Source of the DNA: Sphaerodactylus townsendi | Taxonomy: Eukaryota | Length of the DNA stretch: 64,000 nt | NCBI RefSeq assembly: GCF_021028975.2 | Contig: NC_059436.1 | Coordinates: 39,308,001 to 39,372,000 of the forward strand | Direction: 5' to 3' | Part shown: positions 13,054 through 24,000 of the stretch, one piece after another | Numbering within the stretch: position 1 is the first letter of the stretch | Layout of the letters: every line of letters begins with the position of its first letter | Program-made: the position numbers and the translations under genes | The notes under the pieces: model-generated | The model's input: only the letters and a program-made list of their open reading frames with translations | What the model was told of the DNA's origin: nothing | Database searches by the model: none

Positions 13054-14689
13054 TATTGTACAGACATATACTAAATTGTAGACTGTTTTCTAAATTTTGT
13101 AATCCATGTTTATTCCATGGTTAGTTCTATGTGCTGTACTGTTTATTCCACTGTTTGTCATTGGATAATCCACCTTGAGGCTCAATAAAAAAAAGGCAGA
13201 GTATAAAATTAAACAAGCAAGCAAACAAACAGACTTCAACTGAATTATGTGTACTGCAGAGTTCCTAAAACCAGATCAACTGTAATTAGAAACTTCACAG
13301 TTAGTTCTACTTTGATACCAAAAAAAAGCAAAAATATCTCTAATAACATTTGCTTAATTACCAACATTTGAAACTTCAGACAAATTTAACTCTAAAGAAC
13401 TAATAGAGAAAAACAAAACCAGAAGCAGTCTACCATTGCAAGCAAAATGAACAAAAATGATGAAAAAAAATGATGAGGTTCAACCAGGGAACAGTTTCAA
13501 CAATTGAGAGACGTTCAATAATCCAACATATATAATTAAACCTGGGACATCAGTCCAAATCAGGATTATAGCCAGACTTGCATCCTCTCTCTTTCAAGTA
13601 TATAACGACAATATATATATATAAATCTCATATAGGCTGGAGACAACAAAACCAAAGTACTAAAAAGGTAGTTAGCCTCCATGCACATAATGCATTCCTG
13701 TAAGTGAATCTGTATCTCACCAGTTTTATTATATTCTTACACTGCTTTTCATCCAAAATAGGAACCAAAAGCAAGTTACAAGAATTAACACCAACAGAAA
13801 AAAGTAATGCAAACAAAGGTTCTATGGGGGAAGAATGGTCAACTGAGCTGGACCCAGGACACGATGATGGAGAAGTGGCTCCTTCCCCCCCTCTTTCTGT
13901 TGGCCCCATTAAAGGCAGTTGGAAGATGGAGTAAGTACAGATGCCAGCTGGACACCACCTACTATGAAAGAGTGCATGGTTGCTTTTTGCCCTCCCTCTG
14001 ATTTTTGGTGCATGTGAAGACAGAACGAACTGCCTGTAGTTCCTCTAGGTTATTTATCATGGAATGCAAAGACTGGATGATGAAATCACCTTCCCTCCCT
14101 CTATTTCTGCATCATTCCTCCTTTTCCTGCATAGTCATTCAAGCATATTTATATACAAACACACATGCATATCACATTATAGAATCTGTGGGGTTACTGG
14201 TCTGTGTGTGCAAATGCAAGATTAATTCTTCCTCCCTGTTTTGAGCCTAATGGGGGGCATCAACCTCCTTCCTGTCGACAAAACGCCTGTCAAGCAGTGG
14301 ATCTGCGTTTCAGTGTTGGATTTAAGTCAGAACTTCCTCTGGGGAGCTCAAAGTGGCAAAGATGCTTCTCCCCCACTCTCATGATGACCCTGGTGTGGAG
14401 GAGAGACAGGCTGAGAGATTTGCACTGGCTGCAAGGTTGCCTTGTGAGCTTCCAAGCTAATAGTCCAGGATCTTCCAAGCTAATAGTCAAGTCAAACCCA
14501 AACAAGGGCAGTCGGTCCTGCTCAGCCAAAAAAGGCCCAACTCGAAGAGCATCTTGTTTTCCACTGGGGCCATCCAGGTGCTTCTAAGAAGTCCGCCAGC
14601 CCAGGTTTCTGCCACTGCTTGTACTCCCCAGCAGCGCCTGTCATTCAGACTGCCTGCCCCTACACATGGAGGTTCCATCGAACCGTCCA

Positions 14690-15440
14690 GGCCAATCCCC
14701 ACTGATGGAGGCGGTGAACGGAGGCAGCCTTTTTCCTCACTCACCTGAACCACGACAGTACCGGACTTGGGAGGGAGGGGAAGAGAAGAAGTCCCAGGCC
14801 GGTCGGCGGACGCTTCCCCCTCGGCCTCAAACCTCCACTTTGATTACATCCGTTGCCCTGGCAACCCCTCGGGGCGCGAACCAGTTGGCCGCCGGTCGCA
14901 GCCTGGAGCGCGAGCGGCGTCAGTTGATTTATGCTCCCTTCCACTTTTCCCCCGAACCCCTTCTCCTCCTTACTGCAAGATAGCTCAACCCCACATACTT
15001 CCTTCCTTCCAATAACTCACCTTGGACAGCATAAGGGAGGGTGGGAGCCACCTCTAGCCATTTGTTTCAGTAGAAGCAGAAGAAGGCTCCTTTAAGCGCC
15101 CGGCAGCGCCATCTTGCTCCGCTCGCGGCGACAGCAAAAGAAAGGAGAGCGATTGACAGGAAGACCACGCCCCCTTTCCCCGGCGACGCCATCTTGCTCC
15201 GCTAGCCGCATCAGCAACAGAAGGAGGCGAGGTCTGTAGTAAGACCACGCCCCATTGCCATCAACGACATCTTTGCCATAGACAAGGCGACAAGGCGGAA
15301 GGAGTTGGGGCGTGCGCAGTGGCGCCGTATGGGCTTGCTACCGCTTCCCGCCCGGTCGAGCGCGGTTTGGGTTGGTATTACTGGGAAAGATCCGTAAGAC
15401 TGCCCGACCCCTGAACTTATAGGGCTTGCAACGTCTGAAA
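14690..15440. promoter_or_regulatory. CpG island, CNTRL promoter, probably bidirectional
   Basis: Marked CpG enrichment; two YY1-type CGCCATCTT motifs (15107, 15187), two CCACGCCCC GC boxes, NRF1-like GCGTGCGCA (~15310), ETS-like CGGAAG/CTTCCCG; minus-strand donors CAG|GTGAGT (14745/14744) and AAG|GTGAGT (15021/15020) suit non-coding CNTRL first exons. Confidence 0.8.
14852..14865. promoter_or_regulatory. RFX X-box motif
   Basis: GTTGCCCTGGCAAC fits GTNRCC-N(0-3)-RGYAAC and is near-palindromic. Confidence 0.6.
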
Positions 15441-16629
15441 CTGCTCTGTACAGAGTCACTCTATTCCCTTTGGCTTAAAATTGCTGTTTGAGATAAAGAA
15501 GGTTATTTGCCCATGTTGTTTGTGCAAATATGCCAATGGAAGGACTTTGGGATCTTCTGAATGCGTGCTGGATCTGTTTATCCGTTTTTGAAATAGGTGC
15601 TCTGAGCACATGAAACTGCCTTATAGTAGCTATGAAGTTCCTATAAAATAATGACAGTTGACTGTTTATCACTACAGTTGACCTGGTTCTTGGAAAGTCT
15701 ATATTACACATCAATCAGTAGGAGTCTATTGCTTATTTTTAGTCTGCCTTTCTTGTTAAGACTCAGGATGGATTATCCGATTGAAAACAGTGCAATAAAC
15801 AGCTCAATACACAGTATTAATCATGGGATAAAAATGAATGACATCAGAGAACAATGTGCAGTATAATACGATATATGTCTGCAGAGCACATATACATGAA
15901 CACATTACAGATATCCCACATCATGACTTTACCTGTCGCAGTTTTGATGTATCGCAGGTCAGAATAAGAAATTAAATGGGAATTTTGGGGGAGCTTTGCA
16001 GAAGCCTCAGACGACAGGTGAAGACCAGCAGATAACACAGAAAAGGTTTGGAAACTCAGAAATGCATACAATACACATGTATGGTATTGCATAATATCCT
16101 GTAGATGATATCCTACTTTATTGCCCCCTTTATGCCATACCCAGAACCAAATATTTATCAACTCTGATGATCAAAAAAGAGTACACGTCTAATTTACAAA
16201 AGATGATCTTTTTATTAGACAATCCCAGCAGTGATGTTAATGATGCAGTTGCCAAATTTCTTGACGTGTACATAAGCCAGAGCTCCAGGAGCAAAATTTG
16301 AACAATACCTTCCTTCCCCTTTTTCTCTCTTCTTTTTAATGTATAAAAATCAATTTTATATTCTTATGCCAGTTTTTTCTTTCCTTGTTCAGCTGAATGA
16401 ACCCTATGCCAATACAGGTTCCTTGATTTGATTGCATCATATCAATATGTTTTATCTTTTAATACCATAAATATACACTTATTTTAAAAAGTTAAAAGAA
16501 AAGAAAAAGAAGAATTTCAGACTCTTCTCTGGTTCAAAGGGAGGGCCAAAACATTTTATGTGGATTTCCGGATCGTGGGGGGCACCATGCCCCTAACCCT
16601 AGTGATGTGCAGGGGTGTGGGGGGATAAC

Positions 16630-16815
16630 TATATACTGAATGAGAGTGGTCCAACAAGGTCAGTATTGTCTGCTCAGATGGGTAGTGGTTCTCCAGGGTC
16701 TCCATGGGGGTCTTTCACATCACCTCCACCTGGTCCTTTCAGCTGGAGATATCAGGGATTGTACCTGGCACTGTCTGCATGCCAAACAGGTGTTCTGCCA
16801 TTGAGCTGTGGCCCC
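16630..16815 (-). mobile_element. tRNA-derived SINE, same family as 12848
   Basis: Reverse-complement similarity to 12848-13053. Confidence 0.6.
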
Positions 16816-17810
16816 TGCTTCAGGTTTGTTCATATTATTAGGGTAATAGAGATATCAACCCAATAATGAGAAAGTTTCTGAGAACTGGCTTGGTATTAAT
16901 GAGAATTCAGGAAAAACTGGCCTATTTTTGCCTGCTTGATTCTCTTACAGTGTTGGATGCAGCATCTTCTGGGAGTTAGAAGTGTATATCTTACTCTCCT
17001 GCTTTTCCATAAATGACTCACAAACATAAGTACAGTGTAAAAATGATCAATATTAATTACACAAAAGTAATGAAACATTAAAAGCGGCTGCTGTGAACTG
17101 AGAGATAGCCATAAGCAAAGTATTTTCTCAGACTCGGCCCCTTCTAGCAAAATGTGAATCATTACGGAAGCGCAAGATATGCATGAAGCTGAATATAGTT
17201 AATTAAACTGAACAAAGCCCAAGGTATTTAAATAAAAAATGTAGCTCCGTGCGCCAGTCATAAAGAAATGCTGCTAGAAAATCCAAATGGGCCATCATCC
17301 CCCCCAAAAACACATCTAGGAACAAGATCTGATTTCAGGTCTCAGTGGGTTTCAGCAGCCCCATAAAATTATTGTAAGAAAGGAATCAGGTATTTGACTC
17401 AAATCAGCTTGATGGTTTAATTACATAATTCACAGCTTTTGTTGAGAGTTAAGACAACTTATTGGTATTGTGAGTGCAATGGGGGGGTGCTGCTGTAAGG
17501 CCATTTATGCACTTGTGATCTTTGCGTTGAGCACACATTCCCTTTGGATTGGATTCTTGGTTTTGCACAGATTTCTCCTCTTCACAACTCTCAGATCAGA
17601 GAATCCCCACAGTTTCCAAAAGCTCTCAAAGTGCGACTTTTCTTCTCCCTTCTCAGAGAAAGCTAAAGGAATCAGCAGGCATTCCACTTTCTTTGGGTTT
17701 TCTCACCCCTCCCCACCTTCCCTCGCCCACACCACAGCAATTTCTCCCTCTCTTCCTGTCACCATTTCAGAAGGATCGAAAGGGCTTGAGTGTGTGTGTG
17801 TGTTTTATTG

Positions 17811-18280
17811 TGTTGGATTATTTACTTAATATTTAGCAGAGAGCAGAATAAGAGACCATGAGACAGTTGCTGGTTTTTATATAAATGAGCTTACTTACTA
17901 ATAGGAAGGGTTTACATGGAAGAAAAATAAAGAATAGCTTTCTATCCTAGTACAAACTTAGTTACATTGCTTAGCACCATGTGGTCCCACATGGTGCTTA
18001 ACTAGCAAGGCAGAGATTCACCTCTTGTGGTGATCTCAACAATGTGGCATTGTGTACCTCGTGTGTAATCTGAGGTCTGTGTGTGTGAGACAAAGAAACA
18101 TAACTTGCTTTATAACTTCTGACTATGTGACTTGTCTCACATAGTCAGTGGGGGTGGGTGGGTTGGCTGACCAATAGCTTAATCAATGAACTGGCCATAA
18201 AACTCTGACCTCAGTATCTAATTAGCATGCACATAGTTAACCCTTTCCTATCTGAATTGTGACACTTGCAAATCCCAACA
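17811..18280 (-). mobile_element. Solo LTR, 470 bp
   Basis: TGTTGG...CCAACA inverted termini, perfect 5-bp TSD TATTG; orientation inferred only from minus-strand TATAAAG at 18114-18108. Confidence 0.8.
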
Positions 18281-20799
18281 TATTGTCATGCTGAGCATCT
18301 ATTGGTGGATCAGCAATAGACCCTTGACATTGACATAAAAACTTACATAGTCTAGTGAATTAACACTAGACCAAAGATGGCACCAAAAAAAAGTGCCAGG
18401 CTATCTCCCCAGATGGAGTTTGCACAGAAAGAACGTGGCAGGTGGGCAAAATGGTGGACACTTTGCAGCAGGAGAATCCCTGTGTAAACAAAAAACCATG
18501 AGAAAAACCTGCTGCAAAGCAAACAGCTTGGGGGGTAGGGGTGGTAAAAAGTGCACATATAAATTGCCTTAGCTGTTTCCATCACCACTACTCACTGGAT
18601 CTGGCAAAGAATTAGTTTTTGAAAGCCCAGCTTTCTGTAAATAAAAAGGTCAGAATCCAGCTTTCGGGAAATGTGAGTCCTGAACTGAAGAACAAATATC
18701 AAATAGGCACTGAACCAAAAAAGGAGGAAGGGGTGGATTGGTTTCCAACCATGATTTTCAATCAGCAAGAAGAAGTGCTGACTTCAAGAACTGATCTAAG
18801 TGGAATTTCTAATTTTTTATTGCAGCATGTAGACATATGTGCACTGATTTAGTTGCTGCAACAATTGAAAGGTTGGTTTGAAACTAGCCTTTACATCTTG
18901 CAAGCATAATCCACAACCTCAGACTCTGCAGCTTGTATGCCTTTTGTACTATACCATTATAGATGTTTCGATGAGGGGTATGGGGTTCAGTTCATGGATC
19001 TGTTTTATCTATGTTTTGTGTTTTGAATCATCTGATTGCTTTGTACATCACAAATGTCTGGATTTGTTTTAGTCTCCTTCCCACAAGGCCTTAATCTGAG
19101 CCATGGCTGTGAATTCTGTTTACCATTCCAAGATGGCTGGCTGAGCTCCATCAAGTTTGTTTAGACTCAAACTATGCACAAGCTTGGATTTTTATGACAG
19201 GAACTAATGTATGTTTGATCCTACAAAGCACCTGCCAAGGGACAATGATGTGGACTGAGACTGTGGTACTGAAAAAGGAGGCTATTCTCTTTGCCACCAC
19301 CCAATCTCTCCAACTGAAATGCTCCCTATGAACTGCTTTTGGCCATGGTAGGAAATAGGCCACAAACACAGTACATGTACCTATCTTTCTTTTCCTGCTG
19401 GGACTTGAATGAATAGTTTGGGGTTCATTTTTTAGTAAGGAGAAATAACCCAGAGTTGTGGCTCCATTCTATGCTTTAAAATGAGGTGAATGGGCACAGT
19501 GGCGTATGGCCCTAAAGACATGGGGTGCCCCATGTCCCCAGGCGCATGCCTTTTGGTCACGTGACCAAAGGGCAGCCCCTCTTCCCTGCCTACAAGCTGG
19601 GTGCAAGTTTCCCTCGCGCCTGGCTTCTAGGCAGTATGTGTGATCTATTGAGCAAATAATTTTTTGCAAGCTGCCTTTCTTGTAAATGTTGGCTTTGATA
19701 TTTGTTTAAACTTGCAGAAGCTTGCAAAACTTCTGTTTTGCTGTGGACCCGATTGCTAGGGTATTACCCATGAGAGATACAAAGTAGCTCAGATATTTAT
19801 AGAGCCCCAGCTGGCTATATCAACAATTAACCAAATTATACTAAAGTATTACAGAGGGGCCTCTGTGTGTCCACTTCTGTTGCATGCTTGCATCTACTGG
19901 CCTTGGGCAAGGATACACGAGTCCCATCTTCATGGACAGACACTTTCAAACATTCAGGAGATATGGAGGAGCACTGTGATAATCTCACATTATTTGGGCA
20001 CATATCGTACTTTACTGGATGAGGGTGAAGAGCTTGGCAGGGCTTGAAAGCAAGTCTAATCTATGAGCAGATAGTGGATGACTTAAAATAAATCCTTATT
20101 CACTTGTTTAGGAGCAACATGGATCCTATACTGTAAAGACAAAAATATGTTTTGTAACACCTTAAGATTAACAGGGTTGTTCTGGCATACATTTTTGTGT
20201 ATGCCAGATTTCCCGTTATTTATCTCCCCCCACCCCACCCCCATCAATTGCTGGCAGACTCCCCATTTGTGACTTTGTAATATTAATCTGGGTGCTTTTG
20301 TTTGAGTACTTGCTTCTCTTTGGATTAATTTTTACTTATTGTAATAAGTTTATTTTGTATGACTAATGGTATACTGTTCTGAATTTTGAAAAGATGGGAT
20401 GAAATTTTAAATGAGGAAATAAATGGAAATAAGGCTCCAGTATCAATATAAAAGGATTTGATTGGTTGATAACCTGTTTGACATTCCGCAGAGCTGCTCA
20501 CACAGTAATACAAAGTCTAAAAACACACACAAATTACCAAAAGCATACAGTATGTAAAATGACAATATCACAGTGTAGAAGGATAAAATGTCAGATTATT
20601 GTATCACAACAAATTTCTAAAGCTCTTTGTAAAGAGGAAGAAGGTTTTACATTATTTCCCTAAAGTTGGTACAGTGAGACTGAGAAGGAGTGGCTTTCCG
20701 AGCAATCTCTTTGACAGTGTACACAGATTAAAGACTCACAAAAATGAAACCTCTGAGTTAGGTATTTGAATACTTGTTGGAAAGTTGTTCAGGAGGAGA

Positions 20800-20947
20800 A
20801 AAGGGAATTTTATGTAAGGAAAGGAAATCCTTTTCAGATACCTGATTAATGATTAACTGTTAGATAAATTCTCTCACAAATTTCCCAAACGGACTTGGTG
20901 GGATTTCAAAGGCTGGTTCCCCCAGTCCTCGCGACTCCAAACCAGTC
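20800..20947 (+). promoter_or_regulatory. C5 proximal, liver-type promoter
   Basis: HNF1-like ATTAATGATTAAC (20845-20857, 12/13 to GTTAATNATTAAC) and TTATGTAA (20810-20817, PAR-bZIP/C/EBP-like) within 140 bp of the ATG. Confidence 0.6.
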
Positions 20948-21012
20948 ATGGTTTTTCCAGGCATTTTCTTCTTTCTGACCCTTTGTGGAAGAAGTTTGGC
21001 TCAGGAACAAAC
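20948..21012 (+). CDS. C5: C5 exon 1, signal peptide [22 protein letters not shown]
   Basis: Hydrophobic leader followed by QEQT as in mature human C5; AC|GTAAGT donor; 65 nt, phase 2. Confidence 0.93.
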
Positions 21013-24000
21013 GTAAGTAAAGGATGGTTATGTTTGCCATACTGCTAAAGTAGCGCAAGAAGATGGGTGTGAAATTTGACACCCTAGTCATTAAGTTGAA
21101 CAAGACAGCTGAGGTATTCCTCAAGAACTTTATTGGTTTCCAGCTAGTTCCTTGGGCAACTAAATGCTGGTCTTGATTTTTTTGACAGTACATTTCCTGG
21201 ATTGGGATTTTATAGTCTTCCACTGTGCCTATTTTCCAAAGGCAGTCTCTGTTTTGACCCTGATCCTGCCTGTGGGGGATACCATGTTAAGATTTCTTTG
21301 AACTACTGAAGGTCATTTTTTAGGGTTGAGCTTCTGCCTGGAATCTCCAGCAGGCCGAGTTTCTTGAGCTGATTGATGTTGTCTCTTGACATATCTCTGT
21401 CAGTATGGGTACTTGAATGATAATGCCTGTTTGTAGCATGCAGATCACTCAGCTAGTAACATATCTTTTGAATGGTTATAAAGTTATTGGAACACAATAC
21501 TTTTCAAATGCATATTTAATCAACACAACAAGCACAGCCTTGGCTTTAAATCAGAGGAGCAAACAAATATGGCATGCCTTCAGGACTGGGGTGACGCTAG
21601 GTGCACAAGGGGGTAGGGACCCCAGGCACTGCATTAGTGGGTCAAATGGGGATGCATTTTCCCACCTGTCCCCCCTCCCAAGGTATTTCCTTGGGTGAAG
21701 GAAAGAGAACACCACCTTCTATGCAAACCATCCTGTATGCTATTAACAGAGACCCCACTTTGGGTGTCACTAACTAATGAGACAAGAACCAGGGCCTTTT
21801 GGATCACAGTATCCTCAATACTGTATGAAGTTTCCAACCCAAAGAAGGTCATCAAATAGACAGGCTGTAGCTGAGTGGTACAGCATCTGCTTGGAATGCA
21901 AGAAGATCTCCAGGTCAATCGCCACTGTCTCCAGGTAAAGAGAACAGATAGTAGATGATGTGAATTACATTTAACTAAGACTCTGGAGAGTTGCTACCAG
22001 TCTGAATAGACAATAGTGATTTGGGTGGACCCAAAAGTCAGATTCAGCATAAGACAGCTTCATGTGGTCATGAAGATTGTTTCAAATCTTTAATACAGTC
22101 ATAAACCAGCATAAGGTAAATGAAGTATAGGGAATAATATAAAGGATACAACATATTAAAACCGTAAGCATAAGTATGAAAAGGGGTTAAAATTGAAAAG
22201 AGATTAAGTATAAAAAGACACTAAAATGGTTAAGTTTAAAGCTATGGTTATCGTCACTAAGGCAACTGTGTTGCTTAGACCATCCTGAAACATATTTTGA
22301 GTGCTGTCACACAGAACTTGGCCACACTGTAAGTTATATCAGGACTGGTTCTGTGTATCTGGGCATGTAGAAACAGTAGAACATTTGGTTCTCCACTGTC
22401 AGTTTTACAAAAATACATGTATTAGTTTTATTTTGCCACTGTAGTATAGATTGTCAGGTTATGCAGAACAAGTTTATATCTCCTGTTTTATGGAAGACTT
22501 GTGCATGGTGAGGAAAAGGGCTGCTAGATTGCTTCTCCTCTACTGGTTTTTCAACTGAAAACCACTTCTAAGTTGCTTTTATCTATTCAATGGATAACAT
22601 ACAAGAGTAAGAACATCTTTTGGGAGATGTTCATCAGCAAAATTGCCAGGGAAATCAGCAAAGAACACCCCTACAGGTCTTCAGTTTTAGAATATAACCC
22701 ATCCAGCTGCAGTCAAATGGTGTTTTTATCCTGCTGTGACCTTGTAATAAACATGGTGTTATCTGTTGTGTTTATTTAAATGTTTTGATTATGATGTCAA
22801 CTGTTTGTGCTATTTTTAAACCACCTTGAAAGTTTCCTTACTGCCAAAAGCTGGGTAACAACTAATAAATAAATAGGGTGAGATATATAGTTGCCACCAG
22901 CATAAGATTAAAAACAGATGAATGGGATGTTCATATGCAGCAAATACAAAACACAATAGAGAATCTTGATAGAAACTTGCTTTTGGGAAGGATGTTAGCA
23001 TCAGAGTACTTCCTTCTGGACTTCACGTTAACATCAGGAGGTCTGCTTCAGAGCAAGTAGTTTCTTGTGTTATGCAAGATGTTTGCCATCAAATACCCAA
23101 TGGATGCATTTTTATATTTAGTCACTGTTAAGTGTGAAGAAACAGGAGGAAGGTTTAAGTTTAAAGGAGTAGAAATGAACATTGGGAACACCTTGATGAA
23201 TTTGAAAGAAAAAATTTGTTACATGCTTTTTCAATGGTATCTTATACCACATAAACTTGTAGTTATATGCAGAAATTTATTAGATGTATGTTGGAGATGC
23301 AGCTGGGGACATGCAGATTTGATGCAACTGGTGTGGGCATGTCCAAAACTTAACTTATTCTGGAAAAATATGACTTAGTTAATTATATGTTTTGCAATAA
23401 TGTACCACAAGATCCTAAGACAATTCTGTTAGATTATTTAAAAGTATTAGTAGCAATCCTTCCTTTAATGGTTTACTTGTTTGATGGTTGAGGTCTCCAG
23501 TCAGACTACACTGAATTATTTGTTTATGCTTTGTTATTCCTCCTATTTGTATATATTTCTATAAGTTTTAAATTCTATTTTATAACAGTTTTAGTGCCTT
23601 CTTCAGATATTAAGCTGGTCTCACTTCTGCTTACACTTCTGCAAAGCATGCAAATAATTTATTTACACTTACACTTCTGTAATGCATGTAAAGAATTGGA
23701 AAAAGGGAACAGAACCCACTTCTATAATGACTGGTTAATCATATATGGAATATGTATCTCATTTACAAACATAACATATTACCAAAGCATGCAAAGAAAT
23801 AATTTACAACATATAGATATGTTTTGTGAACATGAGTCAGTTTTTGACAGACAGAAGCCTTTATTGACATTATGAATTACAATATTTAAAAAAAGAAAAA
23901 AAGATCATTTATCCATTAACTGAACCTGTTGAAATATGTTAAAAAAATACATTGAGTATCCACATACAAACCCCTATATATATAACACATAGAGAGATAA

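Noticed and set aside
13761-13930. Exon-like + strand segment (aatag ... GGA|GTAAGT)
   Set aside because: No upstream + strand promoter or partner exon and no homology; likely chance.
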